64,000 nt of DNA from Podarcis liolepis (GCA_965112155.1 OZ218105.1); one strand, 5' to 3'. Positions 12,499 through 25,563 are shown, counted from the first letter of the stretch. Program-made: numbers and translations. Notes: generated by a model from the letters alone, not told the origin.

Positions 12499-15374
12499 CA
12501 ACTGCCTAAGCTGGATGCGATTGTACTCTCTGTGAAGGAGCTGCTACCCAGGGTCCAGGCTCTATCTGTGATCCAAAAAGAAGTGTTTGCACATGCAGAA
12601 AGCAAGCCAAATTCTTGACTACGACATTACTCTTATAATTGCTTTCCCAACCTTTAATAAACACATCTGCTCTCTTCATTAAGCCTTCTATGTTTATAAT
12701 CCAGAGAAATACTTTAGAGACATTGAAAAGAAAAAGAACGGAAGTTCTGCATGAGCTCAGCAGGATGTTGTCCTTATTTTTCACCAAAGAGCAAACCCAC
12801 ACAAGACTGTTGCATCCCAGATTTCAAAAGCAGTTTGCCATGCGGCATGGGGAGGTTGAGGGAGACACTGTAGCTCAGACACCCACAAAGCTTAATGGGG
12901 CATCTGGAGCTAGTAATGGATTTCAACACACCCCTCTAGAGACCAAATTGACCTAATCAGGATTTCATTGACCTGGGACTCATGCATAGGATCATACCCA
13001 GCATCAAGCTAAAAATCATTAGCACCACCAGAAAGGTCTGAAGCTGGTTTGTAAGTTATCTGTACTGTGCATTTCTACTTAGAAGCCAGTTCCACTGAGA
13101 TCAGTCGGTAGTATAGGATTGAAGTCTAAATGAAGTGATTCTAAACTGGGATGCATTTCCCATAAACAACCTACGAGGGCTAAAATGTACACTTGATTGT
13201 CCAAAGATCACATTCCACTTTCTATTAGCAGCTTTGAGAAATGATTCATTCTAGATTAAGAAGCACTCCTAGCCTAGTGTCATGAGTGAAAACACCCTCA
13301 GAATAGTCTCTTAGGATCAGAAATACAGCCAACGGTATGATTTCACAGCGTTTCCAGAAACATCAAGGGACCAAAACTGAAAGTGATTAGTCCAAGAGGT
13401 TTCCATTACAGCAAGCACACGTTTAAATATTCCACGAGAGGCAAAAGACACAATAAGTTTCTCTCCGTGATTAAGCCCTGTCAAATAATGTTAAACTAGA
13501 TGTAAGAATCTGCTTCAGACCAAATCGCTTAACCAATACAGCACACCGGAATCGGCAGTGATTCTCTAGAGACACTTATGCAGAGGCCTCTCTCAACACA
13601 AATACATGTTCCGTTTAAGAGGGAAACAGAATAATTAGCAAGTACCTGCTGTATCGGGGATCTAAGGGTGATCCCCAAGGGAAGAAAAAGCAATAACAGT
13701 CACATTCCTTATTAGACTCACGCACTTGGTTTAGGCACTTATGACACCATTACACACCCACACCCACACATCCCTTTTCAAACAATTTCAGGGTATATTT
13801 CCCTAGCCAATGGCAATTCTCAAAATAGACTGTAGGCCTTGATCTTGCCTTCTGCAGACAATTTAAGAATGGGATTCTATGCTGAAATCCACTTGTTCTG
13901 GCAGAGCCCCACTGACTTAATCAGAGCTGTGCCAACAAAAACTTCACTTAGGATTACAGCCAGAACATACATTACACTGAATAACAATTCTTTGGTGGTT
14001 TTTCCTATTGCTTTGCCTTGTTCTTACAGTTTAATGTATGTTGCATGTTTTCACTTGGTTGCCTTTGAAAAATCACCTGCACCTCACATAACTAGATGTA
14101 TTTGCACGTTATACACACTGATAAAATCTTTGTGAAGCTTTTTTTTTTTAGTCTAAATACACATAAAACTAAATATTTCTCATACATAACATTCCTAACG
14201 CGGCAACTTCCTTACATGGAGAATGCATACAATTTTTTTTAAATCTCCCTACCCACCCTCAAAAAAGGAGACCAGTGTCACTTGAGGAGCTAAATTTTAC
14301 ATTCAATCCGCACACCTAAATATGAGAAAGAGCAAATCAAGCACCTTCAGTGAGATCTTTAAAGGAGAAAATGACAGTCACTTCTTGAAGAAGAGACACA
14401 AAAAGTGTTGTTGTTGTTTATACTGCTATGTTGATACCTGGTAGGTATGTATTGTTTCCAAGAGAAATAATTTATGTTTGCTATGACTTGCAATACTTGC
14501 ATGCCCTCAGGCAGCACCATGGCCCTGCTCTGTGGTGGGAGCCTCCTAATCCCTCACCGTTTTGACATTCCCATAATGTCCCAACATCACAGAATTGAAG
14601 CACAAGTTGCTTTGCTTGAAAAAAACAAAGTCTAATTTGTCTCAACATTCAGGACAAAACAAGTTTCCAGAGCTGCCAGACACAAACCTCCTTAAAACAC
14701 AAGGCTCAGTGGAGACCAAGTATTTGTAACTCTCCTAAGCCTATGATCAGAAGTGTCCCTCTGTGTTATCCTGCTTTCTCCTGCTCAAATTCCTCTCTCT
14801 TTCCTTTTGCAGCAGTCAAGGTGGCTACAGTGTCTTGCTCACAGTGTCTTGCTTCAGGTCACTGTAGGAAACTTGTTTCTAACCACAGGTTAAACTCTGG
14901 TTTGCATTCACCTCCAGGATAAACCTACGCATTCAGTAAGATGAGGGTGCAGAATTCTGAAGCAATAAAGTGAACTATATGAGTGTGCAATTCTGAAATC
15001 TTTTTTTTTTTTTTTTTTAAAAAGGAGCTTCCTACAAAGTGGAAAAACCCCTATAACATCAAAGAGAAATTATCAACCCGCTCTCTTGTTGTGCCAGTTT
15101 CCACGGGCAGGGAGATTTCAAAACGTAATTAGCATTTTTAAAAAGCGATTCACAGCTACAACCTAAAACTGTACAATCCGTTCTTCCACCTCAGGTGGTA
15201 CCACTATTGAATGTTAACGGCAGATCGGATGGTGCCCAGCAGCAAATGCTTCCTCATTCTTGCTAAAATCAGTGTTCACACATTAAAATGTACAGTAGGA
15301 TTAAATGCCAAAGGGTAACTTCTGTTGAACATCTTACAGGAAGCTTAAAAGCCTCTGATACCACCCCCTTACAC

Positions 15375-15555
15375 ACATGCAGAAGTCCTATGTTCTTCAA
15401 TCCCTGGCATGTGCAGTTAAAAGGCTCGGGTAGTGGTTGGTGGGAGACGTTTCCCTGAGACCCTGGATAGCAGCTTCTGCTAGTCAGATTAGACAGCCCT
15501 GGCCTAGATGGACAAATAAGCAGCCCTGGTATAAAGGCAGCATCCTATGTCCCTA
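15375..15555 (+). mobile_element. Old tRNA-derived SINE, same family as 31750-31932
   Basis: ttcaatccctggcat...gagaccctgg...ctagatggac...aaggcagcatcctatgtccct. Confidence 0.55.
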
Positions 15556-16036
15556 AGAAAGAACATACAATAATAATCAGATGCACAGGGAAGGGGGAGC
15601 CTTCCTGCTCTGCACCTGTGAGCTATCGCTACACCAAGGTCACAGAAACTTCTATCAGGCTGGGAAAAGGAACCTGGACACTAGTTTCCAGCCAGATGAT
15701 AAGGTATCGGCCACTGTCTTCTGAGCTGTAAAGCAATGCACAAACATGCAGAATCCCAGGAGCTGCAGCATGTGAAATGGCTGTCTGTACAATTGCATGG
15801 TGCCTTGGAGGCAGACTCACACTATCCATTTGAAGCATATCCAATGCACGCTGATAAAGCACATGACTTCCTCCACAGAATCGTGGGAACCATAGCCCCA
15901 GCACCCTTAACAAACTACAGTTCCCGGGAAACCATGAGTTTTAAGTATGCTTTAAATATATACTGTGGGTCTGCATGTGCATTTAACCTAGAGACAAAAG
16001 GCACCCACCATTCATTTAAACATCTATAATCCTATA

Positions 16037-16287
16037 CAGTGCTGCCTTGGTTCTTGAACTTAATCCATTCCTGAAGTTCGTTCAACTCCTGAAACCATTC
16101 GAAAACCAAGGCACAGCTTCCGATTGGCTGCAGGAGCTTCCTGCACTTAATCGGAAGCTGTGGAAGCCGCGTCGGATATTTGGCTTCTGGAAAACATTTG
16201 CAAACTGGAACACTTATTTCTGAGTTTGAGTAATTCAGGAGCTGGTTTGTTTGACAACTAAGCCATTCCGGAACCAAGGTACTACTG
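16037..16287. mobile_element. Tc1/mariner-superfamily MITE
   Basis: TA|cagtgctgccttggttc ... gaaccaaggtactactg|TA. Confidence 0.78.
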
Positions 16288-16681
16288 TACTCATATTCTT
16301 AGATTATAAATTATAATAGAGTGCAATGGTGCTTACTCCAGAAGTGTGTGTAAGTTAGCAGCCTATCTACAGCTCATCTATCTGACGGACCAGGGCAGAA
16401 AAATAGGAAGAGAACCTGCAAAATAGCGAAACATTTGGTACATATCACCCTACACAGACGCCTCCGAGGTTCTCCTATAGTCACCAAAGAGGCAGAAACC
16501 TCCAACAGACACAACCTCTGCAAAGAAAATCATGAGCTGTCATCCTGACATCTAGCGGCAAGATACACAATTAAGAAAAAGCCCCCCTCATTCAGTCTAA
16601 ACAGCAATGTCATGTTTTATGCAGGGGCATTTAAGCAGCAGTCAAATCATCAGCATAGGCATGGTGCAATGTTTAACTTAC

Positions 16682-16851
16682 ATGTGCTGGGAAGCATTTG
16701 GATAGAGCTCAGAGAACTGTGGCGCAGAGTCTTCAGGACCATGGGGAGCCGCATGACTGATCACCATCATGATAGGTCTATGGGGATACATCCTCTTAGA
16801 CGTTTTGAAATAATTAATGCTGTCATTAGTGATCAAATCTGTGAAATAGTC
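16682..16851 (-). CDS. SULF1: SULF1 coding exon 4 (170 bp)
   Basis: [56 protein letters not shown]; acceptor ttgtttcag|, donor |gtaagt. Confidence 0.97.
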
Positions 16852-17685
16852 CTGAAACAAACATTCAACACAAAAACAGGAATTGCCAAGTGCATCGCTT
16901 ATACCAGACCATATCACAGTGCTTCATTCTGCTAGGGTGAGCTATGAAACAAACGCAATTTCTCTCAGGCTCCAGTTTCAAAAGCTGGGCTAAAGACGCA
17001 GACACAATTCCCAAAGACCAGAATTACAATTCCGTTCCAAAGTCAAGTCTGTGCCCAGATGAACAGCTGTGTTCTGGGAAGGATTAACAAACAGGATAGC
17101 AAGGGAGAATGGAGGCAAAAGGTGTCAAGGCAAAGCAAGAACAGAGGAAAGGGTGGATTAAGACAGTAAATTCAGAGATGAGGAAGGAACTGAACACAGG
17201 TCTTTCTGACCCAACCACAATACAATGATTCAGTACTGCAATAATGCACAAATGGAAAACACTTTGTCTATTTTATATACAATTTTTTTTAAGGTAATTA
17301 CTTGAAAATGGCCTAGTTCAGATGTAGCCATAGTTTAGTGTGACAAGAACAAGTCACAGTGACTCATACACTCCCCCTTCCTTTGCTGCAGCTGCAAGGA
17401 GTTTCCCATTTACCATAGCTTAGTTTGTCCAAACTGACATACAGTGATTGTTAGGCACAGCTGTTTAAACAAATGCTAGCCATAGTCAGAGTAGACTCAC
17501 TGAAGTAAATGAACGTGACTAACTTAAGATTCACTTCATTTCAATGGACTTACTCTGAGTTGGACTAGCATTGGACACAACCCATAGCTAACAGTAAACA
17601 AGTCTGCTGATCTGCATAACAAGCTGTGTTTAATGGGAAAGAGAAAATGCCTCTTTCCAGCCAGAAACCCGGTCAGATGGGCGGT

Positions 17686-17686
<1 letters not shown>

Positions 17687-17741
<55 letters not shown>
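17687..17741. repeat. (ATT)n microsatellite
   Basis: Direct inspection; it is the tail of an L2-type 3' end. Confidence 0.97.
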
Positions 17742-17949
17742 GACAACTGCACCACAGAAAGGAATTGGGGAAGTGCATGAGACCAAGGCTTGCAGAATAT
17801 TGCTCTCAACACAATAAACAGTGATTTTGTGGAACTGCCCAAATGCAACTACTGGCTGAAAGCTGTCACTGAAAATGGCAAACCACACTATGGCAACATG
17901 ATGAGTTTACGAAAGAAGTGAGATCTGAACCAGGAATATCCACCTAGAT

Positions 17950-18080
17950 CAGGCTTCTTCAACCTTGACCCTCCAGATGTTTTGGGACTACAATTCCCAT
18001 CATCCCTGACCACTATCTAGCTAGGGATCATGGGAGTTGTAGGCCAAAAACATCTGGAGGGCCGAGTTTGAGGAAACCTG
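17950..18080. mobile_element. Palindromic hAT MITE
   Basis: cagg...cctg termini, arms complementary over most of the length, exact 8-bp TSD acctagat at 17942-17949 and 18081-18088. Confidence 0.9.
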
Positions 18081-18407
18081 ACCTAGATCATAGCTCAGAC
18101 TCACAAGTCATGCTATCTGTGTTCTTGTTACAATAAGAATCATCCCGCTCATTTCTTAGGAGTTCTCCTCCAATTGAAGTTCTCCTCCAATTGCCTTCTC
18201 GGGCAGGAGAGCATTATTTGGCCACAGGAGATGGCTCTTTCAGTATTGACACCTTGGCTTTAGAATGCCCTTTTAGAGAGACTCGCCTGGCACCCACACT
18301 GCAATCATTTTGGTGCAAGGTTAAAACATTTTAATTCATACCGCCATTTAACATTGTCTAAGCCATCTCATACATAATGGTTTTAATTGCTTATTTGTTT
18401 ACTCACT

Positions 18408-18410
<3 letters not shown>

Positions 18411-18445
<35 letters not shown>
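18411..18445. repeat. (AC)n microsatellite
   Basis: Direct inspection. Confidence 0.97.
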
Positions 18446-18447
<2 letters not shown>

Positions 18448-19375
18448 GTTTGCGTGCTGCCCTAGAATCAGAATCAGATGAAGAGCAACTTATAAAATAT
18501 TTTAAATAACTTTTAAAATGTGCACGAACACATCTAACCATCAGTGAGTCTTCTTTTTAAATTGCATAGTTTAGAGCAGCAGTGCAGCTGCTATTGTCAA
18601 AGTAGCCCCTTGCCAACCCCCAACCAACAACAACACCCCTAGCTTAATGGAGAGCCAAGGTAGTAAAGTGAAAATCTGCAAGAAAGAGGAAGGAACAAAA
18701 AATGTAAAGATGAAAACTCAATAATTAAGCCACCTGCCAACTCTAAGCATTCCATTTTTGGCCCAACGAATGGGTGTGAGCTCCAGAGAAGAGTTCCAAG
18801 ACAATGTGTGCAGCTTCAAACACTTCCAGGCACGACTAATCAATCAAACAATGTGGATACAAATTCCTGAACAGCTGCAAAAGCAAACACTGAAAGGAGG
18901 CTGAGTGCATTTTGCACAACACTGTTGGGGCAACCCGAACAGCTGTGATCAGTTTCACCCCATCGCAAAGAACCTACAAATTAACTGACCCCACAGAACT
19001 CCCCAAATAACTCCTCAAACTCCTATAAGTTCAAAATATGGTTGAGGAGTGGCTATACAGTATTTAATGGGGAAATTCACTGAAGGTATTCTACCCCAAT
19101 TTCCAGCTAACATCTTCTCGCACCTGAAGCTCAACCAGCTTTTTGAGTTCAAGGGTGTTTTAAAAATGCAATAATATTCTTAAAGTATTTAATAACGCAT
19201 GTACTTCTTTTCTATAGAAAAAAACCGTGAAGAGTATCAGAGAACACAAATCCTAATTAAATCACATTTAAGTTGAGGTGGGTAGGATCCATTACAAATT
19301 CACAGCAGCACTGAATGGGCTTTTCCGTTCTGTGAACGCAGTTACATTTCAAAGGAGTTCTAACCCTACAGATCA

Positions 19376-19834
<459 letters not shown>

Positions 19835-19938
19835 TTACAGAAAACAATTGTTTGTTTTCAAAGCCCACAGTTTAGACACAGCTAGAAACCATATGTTTGA
19901 AGCATTATATCTTTAACTACACCTTTGTTAATTTAAGT

Positions 19939-20549
19939 AAGTGATGGGGAACCTCAGGCCCAGGGACCAAACGGGACCCTTCAGACCTCTCTATTTATTT
20001 TATATTTCTTTATTACATTTTTATACCACCTTTATCTTCCAAGGATCTCAAGGTGGTACACGTGGTTCTCTTCCTCCCCATTTCATCCTCACACACGTTC
20101 ACTTCATCAAATCTGGCCCTCTTTGAAAAAAGCTTGGGCACCCCTGGGCTAAGGGATGGTGCCTGGCCCAAGGTCACCCAGTGAGCCTGATGGTGGAGTG
20201 GGGATTTGAACCCACACCTCCCAGGTCCTAGTCTAACCATTACGCCACACTGCATCTCTACCTGGCACCCAAAACAATCCCCTCTCTTTAGGCCTCAATC
20301 CTTAGTAGCCCTACAATGTACCTTCCTTGTGTGCCTGCCTGGAATATATCGTTGAATTCTGACAATGTTTCTTGTTTGCCTAGATGGAGGACAGAGATGA
20401 TTACATGAGTCTACGTAGAAACTAGCCCACTGTACAAAGGTAAAAATAATGTTCATTGCTCCGCCCACTTTTGCCTCTAGCTCCGCCCACCACAGGCATG
20501 TGGCCTTCGGTAGATTGCCCTTCCGGATGAAAAAGCTTCTCCACTCCCG
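19939..20549. mobile_element. Old hAT-like non-autonomous element hosting nested insertions
   Basis: Left end gtgatggggaacctcaggccc, right end atgtggcc...aaaaagcttctccactccc; degenerate 8-bp flanks atttaagt / atataatt. Confidence 0.5.
19994..20254 (-). mobile_element. Squam3/MIR-like SINE nested in a hAT-like MITE
   Basis: Same head and core as 63590-63830 (gggttcaaatcccc, gtgaccttgggccag); A-rich tail; tctcta direct repeat on both sides. Confidence 0.75.
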
Positions 20550-21037
20550 ATATAATTCCCTATTAACATAATTCATTATCAGACAGGTAGGTGAGCAGGT
20601 GGCCTCAAAACTTAATATTTAGGTAACATGGTCCAGACCTATTAAGGGCAGTTTTATAGAGCTAACTGGAACTTTCCAAAGTTACTGCTACAGGTTTCCC
20701 AGCTCAGAAGTGTTTAAGAGCAGAAAGAGAGTTCAGCTACTACCAGAGTATTGAGACAGGAATTCCTCATAGCGCTGCTCTTCTAAATGACTTTCCATGC
20801 GCAGACACAGTGATTCTCAGATTTCATCCACTTCCTGATTTGCCTAAGTGCCTGTAGCTTTAATTACCATATGGAGGGAAATGAAATAAAACCACCTCGT
20901 CTTTTCAAACAGCCATTAATCTGGTGTTAATTCAATGAACCATATTCTTCTAGAGCTAAGCAAACATAGGGACATTTTCCTTCCAAATAGCAGATACCAG
21001 ATTAGCCTGGGGAAATCCAGGTTAAAAGCTGTAAGAT

Positions 21038-21260
21038 CATAAGAAGAGCCTGCTAGATCAGGCCAATGGCCCATCTAGTACAGCGTCCTGTTCTCACACT
21101 GGCCAACCAGATGTCTGTGGGAAACCAATGGGCCAAACATGAGCGCAAGAGCATTCACTCCTCCCATGGTTTCCATCAGAAGCATTGCTGTCTCCAATTG
21201 TGGAAATAGTGCATAGCCTTCAAAGCTAGCAGTCATTTATAGTCCTCTCCTCCATCCCTA
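21038..21260 (-). mobile_element. Old CR1-like 3'-end repeat; related pieces at 23396-23580, 25742-25830, 43120-43160, 43757-43870 and 51930-52340
   Basis: Recurrent motif cataagaagagcctgct(a/g)gatcagg...ccatctagt.cagc.tcctgttctcac..tggccaaccagatg seen in several copies in the window. Confidence 0.6.
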
Positions 21261-24149
21261 CAAAAATCTACCTTATAGCTGAAGATAAAAGAGTGGACCA
21301 TGTTCACCGCCCTGATTGGACAAAAATAAGTAATACATGCTCCCTTCAGGAGAGGCTGGATTTGTTGTGGACTGAAATCAGGACTTCCTGTCAAGACAAG
21401 TGGAGAAAAACTGACCCTAGCATCAAAACAAAATCGTCATCATGATGTGATGGGGTTACCAATATAAATAATTTTTTCAACTAAAACAAAATGCCAAGTA
21501 CTTAATTGTAAGGACAAAACACCTCTGTTCTTTAAATTCCTGATTATTTCTCTAGCCCTTTTGTACTGCACTTTGATTTCTTTCTTTATTCTCATCATAT
21601 CCAGTACAATAAGAATCTCTTTTTCCTACTATACTGCAAAAGTGGCCAGCTCTGTGGAGGCCATGCAGCTGAGGGGCAAGCACTGTGGAAGCTATGCAGC
21701 CACCCTCCCAGCACAGGCATTGGTGCCACATATTGAAACATGGCTGGAGTGGGAGAAAGTGGCAGCCAGGCTGGGGCAGTGTGGAACTGATCCATCCATA
21801 AGAAGGTGATCTGTAAATATTTTCACAAATAAACAAATGCTGTACACCAAATCAATGATGATGTAAAGACAGCCATCCTTTTACTTAAATGAAAAAGAAA
21901 GTCACTTTCCCACTAGATAGCTTAAAAATAGGTAATAATGCACAGGACAGTGTATGAGTGCCTTGTGAGCAATAGGCCTAAATAGCATCCTCCACTGGAC
22001 TTTGAAATTTTCCACAATTGTAGTATTCTCTGTTGTTTTTTTCTTCTTTTACACTTGGCTCATTAAAACAAACAAAACCCTATCTACATGCTCCAACCGG
22101 TTGCAACTGTGAAGCTTTTTTCCTTGCTCATGTCTGAAATCTATTCATTGATAGCCACAGGCAACATACATATTCAGAAACAGAAGCAATGAGAATTAGG
22201 AAGCCATTTCTGTTTGTATAATTAATAAAATACGAAGTACAGCTGAGTGAATAAAATGTCTCATTAAAAAGTAATACCATTTCAGGGAACATCTTTTCAT
22301 TATTGTATCTAATGGTGCCCACAGGGATAATAGCAAAGATAAATGTAGATTTTTGCATTTTAATGAGACAGATTTTATCTGCAATACTGGCAGTTTTGCT
22401 AACTGTTCCCAGGACACAGTGCCATTGTTTAAGCACATGTAACATACTTTGCCAGCTCAGAATAATGGCAGTCTCTTTGACTATGCCTAATTGAGCTTGT
22501 GTAAACAGCAATCCTTCTCAAGGTGAACAATTATTATACTTGATACCCAGACAACTAAGAAGCATTTGGTGACAAATGAGGAATTGGTCAAGGAAGAATT
22601 ACACTGCGCTTCCTTAAACTTGTTTGCTTACGTTTTCCTAAGCAGCTGATTGAGGAGTCTCAAAGGAAAGCATAAAATAAAATGGCATAGCTCAGTAATA
22701 TCCTACGTTTAGCAGGGCTGTCCCTATCATTAGGAAGGTACAAGAGGTGACAGGGGCCGAGTGGTGATAACTGGTGGTGAGGTGTTTGAGGATAGAGCAG
22801 TGTTCCTTGCAGCCTGCACTGTACTCCCTAATCTAGCCTGACGTCATGATATGTGGTGGATGACGCTGTCCCAGCACCAATGCTGAAAGACTGAACTGCA
22901 AGTTTGGGCAATTTCTGTTTCTGGAACTAGGTGGAGGCAGGGTCTACTCTGAGTGGAACTTAGTTGGCTACAATCCTAGAGTTTTTAGACATTTTTTGTT
23001 TGTTTTAGCTGAGTCGTGGTTGCTTTTCCACGTAGTATGTTTCAAACGAAAGCTGAATTTCCAATGTCATTCCAGTGTCTGCACACACAAGCCGTCTGTG
23101 ATAATGTGTCTGATTCCCCAGGAGACCCTTTAATTGCAACACTCCTAAACACCGGCCCGCAGTTCTCATAATTGCTTCAATCGCAGGCATACTCCTTTGA
23201 AACAAGTGCTTGTGTGTTTCTTTTTTAAAGTGACTTGTAGAAGCCACACTATGCCCCCCAAACTCCCCAAGTTTGGTTTGCTCCAGCTATTTGCAGGGGG
23301 GTGACACAGGGGGATTCCTCTCCCCAGGAACTGCCCGACTAATTTCAATGGAGTTCTTGACGTAAAACCAGAGAACACAATGGGCTCTGGATCAAAACAT
23401 GTCCATGGGGTCCTGTTGTGGGTTTCCCACAGGATCTGGTTGGCCACCGGGAGAACAGGAGGCTGGACTAGGTGAGCCGTTACCTGATCCAGCACAGTTC
23501 TTCTTACGTTCCCATGTTCACAGCAGTGCTCTCCCCTCTTGTGATTCCCAGCAACCAGGTAACAGAGAAAACAGAGCATACCAACAGAACAGAACAAACG
23601 CCAATGTCCTTCAAGGAAGAGGCATTCAGTACTTGAGAGACTATTTATGCCAAGTGGAGTTTATATAGCATAGAAACTGAATGCAGCTGTTGAGTGTATG
23701 TTAAGTTGAATAACGTAAGTTGGGAGGGAAAGAGTATAATAGAGAAAGAGATGCAGGAGGACTGGGCAGTGCAGAGGAGTTGGTGCTTGTAGTATATCGG
23801 CTAAGAGACTGAGCTACAAGTCTCTGGTTTGACTCTCTCTTCTGCCATGAATTCAGTAGCTGGCCTTAGGCAAGTCACTCTATCTCAGTTGCCCACCTGC
23901 AACCCTTCCGTGGTTGGGTTTGCTAAGCAATTTGAACTCTTTTAAGTACTATATGATTCTTGAGTAGACTACTACAACTTTGGTCAATACAAGCTATTTT
24001 AGTGTTTCAGTTAAGTAAAAGCAATTATCCATGATCATCTGTGTATATACAGCTGTATGCCTGGTTGAGAAGTAGCCAATGGCTACCTTCCAGATGCTGG
24101 CAGTGCCATTGGCTATGGTGGTTGGCTGGGGCTGATAGGAACACCTATG

Positions 24150-24260
24150 TCCAGCTACGACTTTCTGGTAAGCTATGGCCATTCCTGGACCAAGATAGCC
24201 TTACTACAGTGTTCTATGCCCTAGAAATTTTACATCTTGATTACTGTAATAGTACTCTGC
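24150..24260 (+). mobile_element. Decayed L2-clade LINE fragment
   Basis: Encodes QLRLSGKLWPFLDQDSLTTVFYALEILHLDYCNS, resembling the L2 motif RLDYCNS. Confidence 0.55.
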
Positions 24261-24599
24261 ATGGAGGATGCATGGAGCATGCAGTTTTGCCAGTTATGGG
24301 CCTTTGATGCTGTTTTACACAGTCCCTTGAGACTTCTAATTTATTGGACAGATGATTAGCTGTATTATGTCACGGCTGTTTGGAGCTGGTAACCTCGTTC
24401 CTGAGATTTTAATAGTATTGCTCTTTCAATAAACAGCTCTGTGACTTTTTCAAAAAATGAAGAAAGGCTTAATAATGAAATAACAAATAGTCCAACACAA
24501 TATGGAAGCCACAGGTCCACCCCCTGTGCTTTTAAGTATACAAATATTTTCTCAACAAAAGTTATGGCAGTGAGGACAAAACCAAACTAAAATCTAATA

Positions 24600-24722
24600 C
24601 AGATAGGTAGCCGTGTTGGTCTGCCATAGTCAAAATAAAAAAATTCCTTCCAGTAGCACCTTAAAGACCAACTAAGTCTTAGTTGGTCTTTAAGGTGCTA
24701 CTGGAAGGAATTTTTTTATTTA
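24600..24722. mobile_element. Penelope-like retroelement terminal remnant forming a perfect palindrome
   Basis: ggtagccgtgttggtctg...ccagtagcaccttaaagaccaactaag resembles reptilian Penelope termini; inverted arms 24633-24676 and 24678-24721; 12-bp direct repeat taaaatctaata at 24588-24599 and 24723-24734. Confidence 0.75.
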
Positions 24723-25329
24723 TAAAATCTAATAGTATTCTAGTAAGTAGTCCCCTGCATAAGTTGGCCTGCTTCATATATTACAATGGGAAAAATCTGT
24801 TATATTAATATGTAGTTTGTTTGTTTTATAATGGAAGCAATCTGCTATATTAATAAGTGTTCTTCCACACAGGACATCATATGAAGATCCCATAACACTC
24901 AGGCCAGTTTAACCCATACAAGCAAAATGTCTTTCAGCCAAAATAAGACTTTTGCTAATGTGTTTACAATTGGCTTGAGCCCCATTGGAGCCGATTTGCA
25001 AAGGGCTTCCCACATAGAAGGCATCTGTATGGTATTTCCCCCCCTCAGTGAGAACCATGAAGACAGCATAATGCATGAAACAGATCTCCAGTGCAAAGTG
25101 AAGTTTTTCTATCATTATAAGTGTTATAAAATAAAAAGGCTCCATGCATTGTTTGTCAACAGTTATTCAGATCTGCCTTGGAAAAGTATTAAACTCCTTG
25201 TCGCAGGTAGGAAAAGCATGGAGGGGGAGGAGGAGGAGGAGGAGAAGAAGAAGAAGAAGTGGTGTGTGGACAGCTTCATCCCCACCCCTGGCTCAACAAT
25301 TCACAGAAATTCCACTGGCAAAGTCAGTA

Positions 25330-25563
25330 CAGTGGTACCTCAGGTTAAGTAATTAATTCGTTCCGGAGGTCCGTTCTTAACCTGAAACTGTTCTTAACCT
25401 GAAGCACCACTTTAGCTAATGGGGCCTCCTGCTACTGCCACAGAACTATTTCTGTTCTCATCCTGAAGCAAAATTCTTAACCCGAGGTACTATTTCTGGG
25501 TTAGTGGAGTCTGTAACCTGAAGTGTATGTAACTTGAAGCGTATGTAACCCGAGGTACCACTG
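25330..25563. mobile_element. Tc1/mariner-superfamily (Tigger/pogo-like) MITE
   Basis: TA|cagtggtacctc ... gaggtaccactg|TA; internal taacctgaa repeats; close second copy at 57474-57717. Confidence 0.9.

Noticed and set aside
12243-12618. Six overlapping GC-rich ORFs (similar clusters at 39599-40061 and 53014-53427)
   Set aside because: Stop-codon scarcity inside GC-rich MITEs with clear TIRs and TSDs.
17626-17888. Poly-Leu/Ile/Asn ORFs (also 29138-29417 and 50579-51064)
   Set aside because: Translations of trinucleotide microsatellites.
18161-18193. Small tandem duplications (also about 14828-14854 and 42641-42662)
   Set aside because: Ordinary slippage or repair duplications with no sign of function.
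22839-22846. Perfect CRE palindrome TGACGTCA
   Set aside because: An isolated 8-mer can occur by chance in 64 kb and has no supporting context.
24600-24722. Hammerhead ribozyme in the Penelope-like remnant
   Set aside because: The catalytic core CTGANGA...GAAA with stem II is absent; other CTGA(T/A)GA hits I inspected lacked a pairing stem.
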